From Escherichia phage Killian: a stretch of DNA of 64,000 nt. Below are positions 1-16,368 of the stretch, one piece after another. The stretch's first letter is position 1, and each line of letters starts with the position of its first letter. A program made the translations under genes and the position numbers. Below the pieces are notes generated by a model. It had not been told where the DNA came from and searched no databases. It saw nothing but the letters and a program-made list of their open reading frames with translations. The stretch lies in sequence record OQ446694.1, one strand, 5' to 3'.

Positions 1-1
1 G

Positions 2-469
2 TCTGGTTTAAGAGCGAATGTTTCGTGGTTAAATCAAATTGTTGGAACTGACTCCAGCGGAGGACAACCGTCTCCTTCTGGATCTCTATTAAATAAAGTT
101 TCAGTGCTTGAAGGAGAAGTTTCAGTTTTAAACAATAATGTTCAAAATATACAAGTTGAAATAGGAAATAATAGAACAGGAATTAAAGGTCAAGTTATTG
201 AACTTACTTCACTTATAAATGGAAATAATCCTGACGGATCAACTGTTGAAGAACGAGGATTAACTAATTCTGTAAAAACGAATGAAACCAACATTGCGGC
301 AGTTACACATGAAGTAAATACAGCTAAAGACAATATATCCTCTTTACAGAGCAGCGTTCAAGCTCTACAAGAAGCAGGTTATATTCCTGAAGCTCCAAAA
401 GATGGCCAAGCTTACGTTCGTAAAGACGGCGAATGGGTACTACTTTCTACCTTTTTATCACCAGCATAA
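2..469 (+). CDS. wac: Fibritin (whisker) C-terminal part, 5'-truncated at window edge; ends with foldon
   Basis: Open frame runs to position 2 with no stop; C-terminus [27 protein letters not shown] matches the T4 fibritin foldon. Track start at 104 is an internal GTG. Confidence 0.9.
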   Translation, partial: SGLRANVSWLNQIVGTDSSGGQPSPSGSLLNKVSVLEGEVSVLNNNVQNIQVEIGNNRTGIKGQVIELTSLINGNNPDGSTVEERGLTNSVKTNETNIAAVTHEVNTAKDNISSLQSSVQALQEAGYIPEAPKDGQAYVRKDGEWVLLSTFLSPA

Positions 470-472
470 CAT

Positions 473-488
473 GGGGCCGCAAGGCCCC
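473..488 (+). terminator. GC hairpin GGGGCC-GCAA-GGCCCC between wac and gene 13
   Basis: Perfect 6-bp GC stem with tetraloop; weak T-tract, so may be an RNA-stability hairpin rather than an efficient terminator. Confidence 0.4.
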
Positions 489-500
489 AAAGGATTTTAA

Positions 501-2202
<1,702 letters not shown>

Positions 2203-2243
2203 TAAATATTATAAACTAATTAAAGCCCAGATTAGGAGAAATC

Positions 2244-5384
<3,141 letters not shown>

Positions 5385-5412
5385 TATTAAAGCATATTAA
5401 AGAGGATTAAAA

Positions 5413-7392
5413 ATGACTTTATTATCTCCGGGCATTGAGCTCAAAGAAACTACGGTTCAAAGCACCGTGGTTAATAACTCTACTGGTACAGCAGCTTTGG
5501 CCGGTAAATTCCAGTGGGGTCCTGCTTTTCAAATTAAACAGGTTACAAATGAAGTAGATTTAGTTAATACTTTTGGTCAACCTACAGCTGAAACTGCTGA
5601 CTATTTTATGTCTGCAATGAATTTCTTACAATATGGAAATGATTTGCGAGTCGTGCGTGCTGTCGATAGAGATACCGCTAAAAACTCATCTCCGATTGCC
5701 GGTAATATTGAATACACTATTTCTACCCCAGGTAGTAACTACGCGGTTGGAGATAAAATCACGGTTAAGTATGTTTCAGAAGATGTTGAAACAGAATGTA
5801 AAGTTACCGAAGTAGATGCTGATGGAAAAATTAAGAAAATTAATATTCCTACCGCAAAAATTATCGCTAAAGCAAAAGAAGTAGGCGAATATCCAGCATT
5901 AGGTTCTAATTGGACCGCGGAAATTTCTTCGTCTTCCTCTGGTTTAGCTGCAGTAATAACTCTTGGAAAAATTATTACTGATTCTGGTATTTTATTAGCT
6001 GAAATTGAAAATGCCGAAGCTGCTATGACAGCGGTTGAATTTCAGGCAAATCTCGAAAAATATGGAATTCCAGGAGTAGTAGCTCTTTATCCAGGTGAGT
6101 TGGGCGATAAAATTGAAATTGAAATCGTATCTAAAGCTGACTACGCAAAAGGGGCTTCTGCATTACTCCCAATTTATCCAGGTGGCGGAACACGCGCATC
6201 TACTGCCAAAGCAGTGTTTGGATATGGACCACAAACTGACTCGCAATACGCTATTATAGTTCGTCGCAATGATGCTATTGTTCAAAGCGTTGTTCTTTCA
6301 ACAAAGCGTGGCGAAAAAGATATTTACGATAGTAACATCTATATTGATGACTTTTTCGCAAAAGGTGGTTCAGAATATATTTTCGCAACTGCACAAAACT
6401 GGCCAGAAGGCTTCTCTGGAATTTTAACTCTGTCTGGTGGATTATCATCAAATGCTGAAGTAACAGCAGGAGATTTGATGGAAGCTTGGGACTTCTTTGC
6501 TGACCGTGAATCTGTTGATGTTCAGTTGTTTATTGCGGGTTCTTGTGCCGGTGAATCTTTAGAAACAGCATCTACTGTCCAAAAACACGTCGTTTCAATT
6601 GGAGATGCTCGCCAAGATTGCTTAGTATTGTGCTCACCACCGCGTGAAACTGTTGTTGGAATTCCTGTAACTCGCGCTGTTGATAACTTAGTCAATTGGA
6701 GAACCGCAGCAGGTTCATACACTGATAATAACTTTAATATCAGTTCAACCTATGCAGCAATCGATGGTAACTACAAGTATCAGTATGACAAATATAATGA
6801 TGTAAATCGTTGGGTTCCATTAGCAGCTGACATTGCTGGTTTATGCGCGAGAACTGATAACGTTTCTCAGACTTGGATGTCTCCAGCTGGTTATAATCGT
6901 GGCCAGATTCTTAACGTTATTAAACTTGCTATTGAAACTCGCCAAGCTCAGCGCGACCGTTTATATCAAGAAGCTATCAACCCAGTAACTGGTACAGGTG
7001 GTGATGGTTACGTATTATATGGTGATAAAACAGCTACTTCTGTTCCTTCTCCATTTGATCGTATTAACGTTCGTCGTCTGTTTAATATGTTGAAAACGAA
7101 TATCGGACGTAGTTCAAAATATCGTTTGTTCGAATTAAACAACGCGTTTACTCGTTCATCGTTCCGCACAGAAACTGCCCAATACTTACAGGGAATTAAA
7201 GCTCTCGGTGGAATTTATGAATATCGTGTAGTTTGCGATACAACAAATAACACTCCGTCAGTAATTGATAGAAATGAGTTTGTTGCAACATTCTACATTC
7301 AACCGGCTAGAAGCATTAACTACATTACCTTAAACTTCGTAGCAACTGCTACTGGTGCAGATTTCGATGAGTTAACTGGTCTTGCAGGTTAA
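5413..7392 (+). CDS. 18: Tail sheath protein gp18
   Basis: 659 aa, same as T4 gp18; follows 17. Confidence 0.95.
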   Translation: MTLLSPGIELKETTVQSTVVNNSTGTAALAGKFQWGPAFQIKQVTNEVDLVNTFGQPTAETADYFMSAMNFLQYGNDLRVVRAVDRDTAKNSSPIAGNIEYTISTPGSNYAVGDKITVKYVSEDVETECKVTEVDADGKIKKINIPTAKIIAKAKEVGEYPALGSNWTAEISSSSSGLAAVITLGKIITDSGILLAEIENAEAAMTAVEFQANLEKYGIPGVVALYPGELGDKIEIEIVSKADYAKGASALLPIYPGGGTRASTAKAVFGYGPQTDSQYAIIVRRNDAIVQSVVLSTKRGEKDIYDSNIYIDDFFAKGGSEYIFATAQNWPEGFSGILTLSGGLSSNAEVTAGDLMEAWDFFADRESVDVQLFIAGSCAGESLETASTVQKHVVSIGDARQDCLVLCSPPRETVVGIPVTRAVDNLVNWRTAAGSYTDNNFNISSTYAAIDGNYKYQYDKYNDVNRWVPLAADIAGLCARTDNVSQTWMSPAGYNRGQILNVIKLAIETRQAQRDRLYQEAINPVTGTGGDGYVLYGDKTATSVPSPFDRINVRRLFNMLKTNIGRSSKYRLFELNNAFTRSSFRTETAQYLQGIKALGGIYEYRVVCDTTNNTPSVIDRNEFVATFYIQPARSINYITLNFVATATGADFDELTGLAG

Positions 7393-7408
7393 TACGGTGC
7401 ATTCTAAA

Positions 7409-7426
7409 GGCCTGTTTCGGCAGGCC
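7409..7426 (+). terminator. Hairpin GGCCTG-TTTCGG-CAGGCC after gene 18
   Basis: 6-bp GC stem immediately downstream of the gene 18 stop. Confidence 0.45.
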
Positions 7427-7427
7427 A

Positions 7428-7435
7428 TATAAATA
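7428..7435 (+). promoter_or_regulatory. Late promoter TATAAATA (first of two upstream of gene 19)
   Basis: Exact TATAAATA. Confidence 0.5.
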
Positions 7436-7486
7436 CACTATATCCTTAATTCTTTAATTCTATATGCCCTAGGTTAAACATAGGGA

Positions 7487-7494
7487 TATAAATA
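7487..7494 (+). promoter_or_regulatory. Late promoter TATAAATA proximal to gene 19
   Basis: Exact TATAAATA 15 nt upstream of the ATG region. Confidence 0.6.
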
Positions 7495-7508
7495 CTACAG
7501 AGGCTAAT

Positions 7509-8000
7509 ATGTTTGTAGATGATGTAACACGAGCGTTTGAATCTGGTGATTTTGCTCGACCTAACTTATTCCAAGTAGAAATTTCTTATCTTGGACAAAA
7601 TTTTACGTTTCAATGTAAAGCCACTGCTTTACCAGCTGGTATTGTAGAAAAAATTCCAGTCGGTTTTATGAACCGTAAAATTAACGTAGCAGGCGATCGT
7701 ACATTCGATGACTGGACTGTTACAGTAATGAACGATGAGGCGCATGATGCTCGCCAGAAGTTTGTTGATTGGCAAAGCATTGCTGCTGGGCAAGGGAATG
7801 AAATTACTGGTGGAAAACCAGCAGAGTATAAAAAGAGTGCTGTTGTTCGCCAATATGCTCGTGACGCTAAAACTGTAACAAAAGAAGTTGAAATTAAAGG
7901 CCTGTGGCCTACTAACGTGGGTGAACTTCAATTAGATTGGGATTCAAACAATGAAATCCAAACCTTTGAAGTAACTCTTGCTCTCGATTATTGGGAATAA
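7509..8000 (+). CDS. 19: Tail tube protein gp19
   Basis: 163 aa; synteny 18-19-20. Confidence 0.95.
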   Translation: MFVDDVTRAFESGDFARPNLFQVEISYLGQNFTFQCKATALPAGIVEKIPVGFMNRKINVAGDRTFDDWTVTVMNDEAHDARQKFVDWQSIAAGQGNEITGGKPAEYKKSAVVRQYARDAKTVTKEVEIKGLWPTNVGELQLDWDSNNEIQTFEVTLALDYWE

Positions 8001-8006
8001 AATGAA

Positions 8007-8022
8007 TGGGGAGAAATCCCCA
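8007..8022 (+). terminator. Short hairpin TGGGG-AGAAAT-CCCCA after gene 19
   Basis: 5-bp stem; weak. Confidence 0.3.
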
Positions 8023-8032
8023 TCCTGCTTAA

Positions 8033-9657
<1,625 letters not shown>

Positions 9658-9658
<1 letters not shown>

Positions 9659-9897
9659 TGGAAGGTTTAATTGAAGCTATTAAATCAAACGACCTCGTAG
9701 CCGCTCGTAAATTATTTGCTGAAGCCATGGCTGCAAGAACGATTGATTTAATTAAAGAAGAAAAAATCGCTATCGCTCGTAATTTCTTAATCGAAGGTGA
9801 AGAACCTGACGATGAAGATGACGAAGATAGCGATGATAAAGACGACAAAAAAGACAAAGACTCTGATGAAGATGACGAAGACGAGGATGATGAATAA
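9658..9897 (+). CDS. 67: Prohead core protein gp67 with poly-acidic C-terminal tail
   Basis: 79 aa; C-terminal D/E-rich tail; position between 20 and 68. Confidence 0.85.
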
Positions 9898-10322
9898 TGC
9901 TTCTGATCCCTGAAACTCATGAATTAGTTCTCGAGAATGTCGAAGCACTTATTCCTGAAGCACAGGGTCGCTTTGACGAATTGTCTTCTGCTTTAAATAA
10001 AGACGATATAAATACAATTGTCGAGAATATGCTTGATGATGAAACTGATTTAGCGGTTGCATTAGCTTCTATTAATGAAGATATGCCGCTAAATGAATTC
10101 ATCGTTAAACATGTTTCTGCTCGTGGTGAAATTACACGTACCAAAGACCGCAAAACGCGTGAACGTAATGCATTTCAAACCACCGGGCTGTCTAAAGCAA
10201 AACGTAGACAAATTGCTCGCAAAGCTACCAAAACGAAGATTGCCAATCCAGCAGGTCAATCTCGTGCTCAGCGTAAGCGTAAAAAAGCTCTTAAACGCCG
10301 TAAAGCATTAGGATTAAGCTAA
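9897..10322 (+). CDS. 68: Prohead core protein gp68
   Basis: 141 aa; basic C-terminus; synteny. Confidence 0.85.
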   Translation: MLLIPETHELVLENVEALIPEAQGRFDELSSALNKDDINTIVENMLDDETDLAVALASINEDMPLNEFIVKHVSARGEITRTKDRKTRERNAFQTTGLSKAKRRQIARKATKTKIANPAGQSRAQRKRKKALKRRKALGLS

Positions 10323-10960
10323 TGAATGAACCCCAATTACTAATTGAAACTTGGGGTCAACCTGGCGAAATTATTGATGGCGTGCCAATGCTTGAATCTC
10401 ATGATGGAAAAGACCTAGGTTTAAAACCCGGTTTATACATCGAAGGAATATTCATGCAAGCGGAAGTCGTCAATAGAAATAAACGTCTTTATCCAAAACG
10501 CATATTAGAAAAAGCGGTAAAAGACTATATCAATGAGCAAGTTTTAACTAAACAAGCTCTCGGAGAATTAAATCATCCTCCACGCGCTAATGTTGACCCG
10601 ATGCAAGCCGCTATCATTATAGAAGATATGTGGTGGAAAGGAAATGACGTATACGGACGAGCTCGTGTTATTGAAGGTGACCATGGTCCTGGAGATAAAT
10701 TAGCAGCTAATATTCGTGCCGGATGGATTCCAGGAGTTTCTTCTCGTGGATTAGGTTCATTGACTGACACAAATAAAGGTTATCGTATCGTAAACGAAGG
10801 ATTCAAATTAACTGTAGGTGTTGATGCAGTATGGGGTCCAAGTGCTCCAGATGCATGGGTAACTCCTAAGGAAATTACCGAATCACAGACGGCGGAAGCC
10901 GATACAAGTGCCGATGACGCCTATATGGCTCTCGCAGAGGCCATGAAAAAAGCGTTATAA
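10322..10960 (+). CDS. 21: Prohead core protease gp21
   Basis: 212 aa, same as T4 gp21. Confidence 0.95.
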   Translation: MNEPQLLIETWGQPGEIIDGVPMLESHDGKDLGLKPGLYIEGIFMQAEVVNRNKRLYPKRILEKAVKDYINEQVLTKQALGELNHPPRANVDPMQAAIIIEDMWWKGNDVYGRARVIEGDHGPGDKLAANIRAGWIPGVSSRGLGSLTDTNKGYRIVNEGFKLTVGVDAVWGPSAPDAWVTPKEITESQTAEADTSADDAYMALAEAMKKAL

Positions 10961-10990
10961 ATATTATTATCTAAACAACAGGACTACAAA

Positions 10991-11800
10991 ATGCTTAAAG
11001 AACAACTGATTGCTGAAGCGCAAAAAATTGATGCTTCCGTTGCTCTTGATAGTATTTTCGAATCAGTTAATATTTCTCCGGAAGCAAAAGAAACTTTCGG
11101 CACTGTATTCGAAGCTACCGTCAAGCAGCACGCCGTTAAATTAGCTGAATCTCATATCGCTAAAATTGCTGAAAAAGCAGAAGAAGAAGTAGAAAAAAAT
11201 AAAGAAGAAGCCGAAGAAAAAGCTGAGAAGAAAATCGCTGAGCAAGCTTCTAAATTCATCGACCATCTTGCGAAAGAATGGCTCGCTGAAAATAAATTAG
11301 CAGTTGATAAAGGCATCAAAGCCGAACTGTTTGAATCCATGCTTGGTGGATTAAAAGAGCTCTTTGTTGAACACAACGTTGTTGTTCCAGAAGAATCAGT
11401 TGATGTTGTAGCTGAAATGGAAGAAGAGCTGCAAGAACATAAAGAAGAATCAGCTCGTCTGTTCGAAGAACTCAATAAGCGTGACGCATATATCAATTAT
11501 GTGCAGCGTGAAGTGGCATTGAGCGAAAGTACTAAAGATCTGACTGAGTCTCAAAAAGAAAAAGTCTCTGCTCTGGTCGAAGGTATGGATTATTCAGATG
11601 CATTCTCAAGTAAATTGAGTGCCATCGTAGAAATGGTGAAGAAGTCTAATAAAGATGAAAGCACTATTACTGAGGGTATAAATACTCCTGATACTGAAGC
11701 AGCCGGACTGAATTTCGTCACTGAAGCTGTAGAAGATAAAGCTGCACCTGGTGCAGAAGATATTGTAAGTGTATATGCGAAAGTCGCATCTCGTTTCTAA
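10991..11800 (+). CDS. 22: Prohead core scaffold protein gp22
   Basis: 269 aa, E/K-rich coiled-coil-like; synteny. Confidence 0.95.
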   Translation: MLKEQLIAEAQKIDASVALDSIFESVNISPEAKETFGTVFEATVKQHAVKLAESHIAKIAEKAEEEVEKNKEEAEEKAEKKIAEQASKFIDHLAKEWLAENKLAVDKGIKAELFESMLGGLKELFVEHNVVVPEESVDVVAEMEEELQEHKEESARLFEELNKRDAYINYVQREVALSESTKDLTESQKEKVSALVEGMDYSDAFSSKLSAIVEMVKKSNKDESTITEGINTPDTEAAGLNFVTEAVEDKAAPGAEDIVSVYAKVASRF

Positions 11801-11818
11801 TTTTAAAGGTTAACACAA

Positions 11819-13384
11819 ATGACTATCAAAACTAAAGCTGAACTTTTGAACAAATGGAAGCCATTACTGGAAGGTGAAGGTTTACCGGAAATTGCTAATA
11901 GCAAACAAGCGATTATCGCTAAAATCTTTGAAAACCAGGAAAAAGATTTCCAGACAGCTCCAGAGTACAAAGACGAAAAAATCGCTCAGGCGTTCGGTTC
12001 TTTCTTAACAGAAGCTGAAATCGGTGGTGACCACGGTTACAACGCTACTAACATTGCTGCTGGTCAGACTTCTGGCGCAGTAACTCAGATTGGCCCAGCT
12101 GTTATGGGTATGGTACGTCGTGCTATTCCTAACCTGATTGCTTTCGATATTTGTGGTGTTCAGCCGATGAACAGCCCGACTGGTCAGGTATTCGCACTGC
12201 GCGCAGTATATGGTAAAGACCCAATCGCTGCTGATGCTAAAGAAGCATTCCACCCAATGTATGGTCCAGATGCAATGTTCTCTGGTCAGGGTGCTGCTAA
12301 GAAATTCCCAGCTCTGGCTGCTAGCACACAAACCAAAGTAGGTGATATCTATACTCACTTCTTCCAGGAAACTGGTACTGTATATCTGCAAGCTTCTGCT
12401 CAAGTAACAATTAGTTCTACTGCAGATGATGCAGCTAAATTAGATGCTGAAATTAAGAAACAAATGGAAGCTGGCGCATTGGTAGAAATCGCTGAAGGTA
12501 TGGCTACTTCTATCGCTGAACTTCAGGAAGGTTTCAACGGTTCTACCGATAACCCATGGAATGAAATGGGCTTCCGTATCGATAAACAAGTTATCGAAGC
12601 TAAATCTCGTCAGCTGAAAGCTGCTTACTCTATCGAATTAGCACAAGACCTCCGCGCTGTTCACGGTATGGATGCTGATGCTGAACTGTCTGGTATTCTG
12701 GCTACCGAAATCATGTTGGAAATCAACCGTGAAGTTGTTGATTGGATTAACTACTCAGCTCAGGTTGGTAAATCTGGTATGACCCTGACTCCGGGTTCTA
12801 AAGCTGGTGTATTTGACTTCCAGGATCCGATTGATATTCGTGGTGCTCGCTGGGCGGGTGAATCCTTTAAAGCTCTGTTGTTCCAGATTGACAAAGAAGC
12901 AGTTGAAATTGCTCGTCAGACCGGTCGTGGTGAAGGTAACTTCATTATCGCTTCCCGTAACGTAGTTAACGTTCTGGCTTCAGTTGATACTGGCATTTCT
13001 TATGCTGCACAGGGTCTGGCTACCGGCTTTAACACTGATACTACCAAGTCAGTATTTGCTGGTGTTCTGGGTGGTAAATACCGTGTATATATCGACCAGT
13101 ATGCTAAACAGGATTATTTCACTGTAGGTTATAAAGGTCCGAACGAAATGGATGCTGGTATTTACTACGCTCCATATGTAGCTCTGACTCCGCTGCGTGG
13201 TTCCGATCCGAAGAACTTCCAACCGGTAATGGGATTCAAAACTCGTTACGGTATCGGTATCAACCCATTTGCAGAATCCGCTGCTCAGGCTCCGGCTTCT
13301 CGCATCCAGAGCGGTATGCCTTCTATTCTGAATAGCCTTGGTAAAAACGCTTACTTCCGCCGTGTATATGTTAAAGGTATCTAA
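11819..13384 (+). CDS. 23: Major capsid protein gp23
   Basis: 521 aa; sequence essentially identical to T4 gp23 as I recall it. Confidence 0.98.
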   Translation: MTIKTKAELLNKWKPLLEGEGLPEIANSKQAIIAKIFENQEKDFQTAPEYKDEKIAQAFGSFLTEAEIGGDHGYNATNIAAGQTSGAVTQIGPAVMGMVRRAIPNLIAFDICGVQPMNSPTGQVFALRAVYGKDPIAADAKEAFHPMYGPDAMFSGQGAAKKFPALAASTQTKVGDIYTHFFQETGTVYLQASAQVTISSTADDAAKLDAEIKKQMEAGALVEIAEGMATSIAELQEGFNGSTDNPWNEMGFRIDKQVIEAKSRQLKAAYSIELAQDLRAVHGMDADAELSGILATEIMLEINREVVDWINYSAQVGKSGMTLTPGSKAGVFDFQDPIDIRGARWAGESFKALLFQIDKEAVEIARQTGRGEGNFIIASRNVVNVLASVDTGISYAAQGLATGFNTDTTKSVFAGVLGGKYRVYIDQYAKQDYFTVGYKGPNEMDAGIYYAPYVALTPLRGSDPKNFQPVMGFKTRYGIGINPFAESAAQAPASRIQSGMPSILNSLGKNAYFRRVYVKGI

Positions 13385-13399
13385 TCTTTGACGATTTAA

Positions 13400-13428
13400 G
13401 GGACCTTCGGGTCCCTTTAGTTGTTTTT
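13400..13428 (+). terminator. Hairpin GGGACC-TTCG-GGTCCC plus T-tract after gene 23
   Basis: 6-bp GC stem, TTCG loop, followed by TTTAGTTGTTTTTAT. Confidence 0.6.
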
Positions 13429-13432
13429 ATGG

Positions 13433-13440
13433 TATAAATA
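13433..13440 (+). promoter_or_regulatory. Late promoter TATAAATA upstream of gene 24
   Basis: Exact TATAAATA about 28 nt upstream of the ATG. Confidence 0.6.
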
Positions 13441-13467
13441 AATCATATAAACCAAAAGGAAAGCGCA

Positions 13468-14751
13468 ATGGCTAAAATCAACGAACTTCTGCGCGAATCA
13501 ACCACAACGAATAGCAACTCAATCGGTCGCCCAAATCTCGTTGCTTTGACTCGCGCTACCACTAAATTAATATATTCTGACATTGTAGCAACGCAAAGAA
13601 CTAATCAACCTGTTGCTGCTTTTTATGGTATCAAATACCTTAACCCAGATAACGAATTTACATTTAAAACTGGTGCTACTTACGCCGGCGAAGCTGGGTA
13701 TGTAGACCGAGAACAAATCACAGAATTAACAGAAGAGTCTAAATTAACTCTCAATAAAGGCGATTTATTCAAATATAATAATATCGTTTATAAAGTATTA
13801 GAAGATACACCATTTGCTGATATTGAAGAAAGCGATTTAGAATTAGCTCTTCAGATTGCAATTGTTCTTTTAAAGGTTCGTCTATTTTCTGATGCTGCAG
13901 TAACAAGCAAATTTGAAAGCTCTGATAGTGAAATTGCGGATGCTAGATTCCAGATTAATAAATGGCAAACCGCAGTTAAATCTCGTAAACTTAAAACTGG
14001 CATCACAGTCGAATTAGCACAAGATTTAGAAGCAAATGGATTCGATGCTCCTAATTTCTTGGAAGATTTGCTTGCAACTGAAATGGCGGATGAAATCAAT
14101 AAAGATATTCTACAGTCTTTGATTACAGTATCAAAACGCTATAAAGTTACAGGAATTACTGATACTGGATTCATTGATTTGAGTTATGCATCTGCACCTG
14201 AAGCTGGTCGTTCATTATACCGAATGGTGTGTGAAATGGTTTCACATATTCAGAAAGAATCAACTTATACAGCAACGTTCTGTGTTGCTTCAGCTCGTGC
14301 CGCTGCGATTCTTGCTGCATCAGGTTGGTTAAAACATAAACCAGAAGATGACAAATATCTTTCACAAAATGCCTACGGGTTCTTAGCTAATGGTTTACCG
14401 CTTTATTGCGATACCAACAGTCCATTAGATTATGTAATCGTTGGCGTAGTAGAAAATATTGGTGAAAAAGAAATTGTTGGATCAATTTTCTATGCTCCGT
14501 ATACAGAAGGTCTTGACTTAGATGACCCTGAACATGTAGGTGCATTTAAAGTTGTAGTTGATCCAGAAAGTTTGCAGCCATCTATCGGTTTATTAGTTAG
14601 ATATGCTTTATCTGCAAATCCTTACACTGTAGCAAAAGATGAAAAAGAAGCAAGAGTAATTGATGGTGGAGACATGGATAAAATGGCGGGTCGTTCAGAT
14701 TTGTCTGTTTTATTAGGTGTTAAGTTACCAAAAATTATCATTGATGAATAA
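13468..14751 (+). CDS. 24: Capsid vertex protein gp24
   Basis: 427 aa, same as T4 gp24; paralog of gp23. Confidence 0.95.
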   Translation: MAKINELLRESTTTNSNSIGRPNLVALTRATTKLIYSDIVATQRTNQPVAAFYGIKYLNPDNEFTFKTGATYAGEAGYVDREQITELTEESKLTLNKGDLFKYNNIVYKVLEDTPFADIEESDLELALQIAIVLLKVRLFSDAAVTSKFESSDSEIADARFQINKWQTAVKSRKLKTGITVELAQDLEANGFDAPNFLEDLLATEMADEINKDILQSLITVSKRYKVTGITDTGFIDLSYASAPEAGRSLYRMVCEMVSHIQKESTYTATFCVASARAAAILAASGWLKHKPEDDKYLSQNAYGFLANGLPLYCDTNSPLDYVIVGVVENIGEKEIVGSIFYAPYTEGLDLDDPEHVGAFKVVVDPESLQPSIGLLVRYALSANPYTVAKDEKEARVIDGGDMDKMAGRSDLSVLLGVKLPKIIIDE

Positions 14752-14757
14752 AACAAA

Positions 14758-14779
14758 GGGACCGAAAGGTCCCTTTTTA
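14758..14779. terminator. Bidirectional terminator hairpin GGGACC-GAAA-GGTCCC between 24 (+) and rnlB (-)
   Basis: Stem flanked by A-run upstream and T-run downstream; sits between convergent genes. Confidence 0.65.
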
Positions 14780-14780
14780 T

Positions 14781-15785
14781 TTAACTTACCAATTCAATCC
14801 AAGCCGGACGAAGTACATCTTGTACCATTTTAACTAATTCCTTCTTAATCAAAGAAGGATTATCCGCTTGAGTTAGAGTAATACCTTCACGAGAAGTTTC
14901 TTCCAAAATATCTTGAACCGTTAGTCCCATCACCTTTCCAAAATCTTTTGGACCGATTTCGCCAATTTTAGAAATAACGTTATTTACTCGGTTCAGTGTA
15001 ACGTAACAAGCTAAAATTCCAACCAATTTGTTATCAGCTTCTGACAGTTCAACTTTAGCTTTAATAGGCTTATCAGACTTTTTCTTTTCACTAAATTTAG
15101 AGTTCTTGCATTTGATAGCTACGCGATTGCCATTAGGCATCCAAGAAGGATAACAAGGTTTCAATACATATCCTTCAGCGGTAAATACTTCGCCTTTTAC
15201 TTCAGCATTCCAAACGCATTTATTCGCATCAACTAATCCAGCATGGTCTACTGTAAAATTATAATCTTGGACGACAGAATCTAAATCATTTGGCAATTTA
15301 ATAAGCTCTTCAAATTTACCGCGACCTAAAAGTGGAGCCATTTTAAATTTAAATGTATTACAGAATGATTCCATCATATAATCATCGACATAAGTCACAT
15401 CACCACTTTCTGTAGTAACAATAATGTCAAATACATAAAAATCTTTATCGCCATAATCGACATTCTTCTGAATGCCAGGTCCGGCAAATTCACCGAAGAC
15501 TTGATAAGATACAACCGCTGAAGTTTCCATAATATCTTGTACTGCTTTAATGGAATCAGCGTAATTCTTCAAAATAATTTCATACCCAAAGAAATCTTCA
15601 GCAGGAAGAATAGGACCAGTTCGTTTAGCACAAGTTACTTTATCACGCTCAATAATCAATGAGAAATTTGTGCCATGAATCTTTTCACGAGCTACCCATT
15701 CGCCACCAGTCAATCCTAAACTATAAAGTTTTTCAATGAATTTAGAATTGTAATGATTTTCAAGACTGCTATACTTTTTAAACAT
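14781..15785 (-). CDS. rnlB: RNA ligase 2
   Basis: 334 aa, same as T4 Rnl2; nucleotidyltransferase-like KIHGTN; convergent with 24 as in T4. Confidence 0.9.
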   Translation of the reverse strand: MFKKYSSLENHYNSKFIEKLYSLGLTGGEWVAREKIHGTNFSLIIERDKVTCAKRTGPILPAEDFFGYEIILKNYADSIKAVQDIMETSAVVSYQVFGEFAGPGIQKNVDYGDKDFYVFDIIVTTESGDVTYVDDYMMESFCNTFKFKMAPLLGRGKFEELIKLPNDLDSVVQDYNFTVDHAGLVDANKCVWNAEVKGEVFTAEGYVLKPCYPSWMPNGNRVAIKCKNSKFSEKKKSDKPIKAKVELSEADNKLVGILACYVTLNRVNNVISKIGEIGPKDFGKVMGLTVQDILEETSREGITLTQADNPSLIKKELVKMVQDVLRPAWIELVS

Positions 15786-15794
15786 AATTAATCC

Positions 15795-16073
15795 TCAAAA
15801 TGTAATTTCTAACCAATCACCATCACGCTGATCACTATTGACTTTAAAGCTAAATCCTTCTTTTCTCAGCCAATCACCAATTTCTTCAGTAATCAATTTA
15901 TCGCGAGCAGTACAATAATAACTAAAATATGTTTTACCTTGTTCAGCTGCTTTATTAGCAAGTTCCGAAAAATCTTTAATAAAACACTCTAACTTAAACT
16001 GTTTACTTTTAAGTGCTTTTTCACGTAATTGATTAGCAAAAGATTCATTTTCATAAAGATCATACTGTTCCAT
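15795..16073 (-). CDS. Hypothetical protein (T4 24.2 position)
   Basis: 92-aa ORF in the expected position; no recognised motif. Confidence 0.6.
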   Translation of the reverse strand: MEQYDLYENESFANQLREKALKSKQFKLECFIKDFSELANKAAEQGKTYFSYYCTARDKLITEEIGDWLRKEGFSFKVNSDQRDGDWLEITF

Positions 16074-16076
16074 TTT

Positions 16077-16262
16077 TCACCTTTTATTAATATGTCTTTT
16101 TCTATAGACAACTTTTTCTCGAGTTTCAAATTTATTCTTAGCAGTCATAGCTCGAGCCCATAATACAGCCACTTCTTTCGCCTGTAAGTTTAATTCACGA
16201 GCAATTTCAATGAATGACTTTCCAGACTCATGAAGAGTAAACACCACAACCTCAGTTCTCAT
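16077..16262 (-). CDS. Hypothetical small protein (T4 24.3 position)
   Basis: 61-aa ORF tightly packed downstream of the hoc hairpin. Confidence 0.55.
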   Translation of the reverse strand: MRTEVVVFTLHESGKSFIEIARELNLQAKEVAVLWARAMTAKNKFETREKVVYRKRHINKR

Positions 16263-16340
16263 ATCAATCTCACGTTATCGAGTTGATGCCATTATATACA
16301 TCATTTTCTGAGTATGTTTTGTGTGCTTTCAAAATGAAGA

Positions 16341-16358
16341 AAGGGGCCGAAGCCCCTT
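16341..16358 (-). terminator. Hairpin GGGGC-CGAA-GCCCC immediately after hoc stop
   Basis: 5-bp GC stem with tetraloop downstream of hoc on the minus strand. Confidence 0.45.
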
Positions 16359-16368
16359 ATGATTATGA

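Noticed and set aside
104-469. Track ORF called as a separate 121-aa gene
   Set aside because: The frame is open to the window start and the product is the fibritin foldon; this is the 3' part of wac, not an independent gene.
11152-11496. 114-aa Ser-rich minus-strand ORF inside gene 22
   Set aside because: Antisense to the E/K-rich scaffold gene; mirror-image low complexity.
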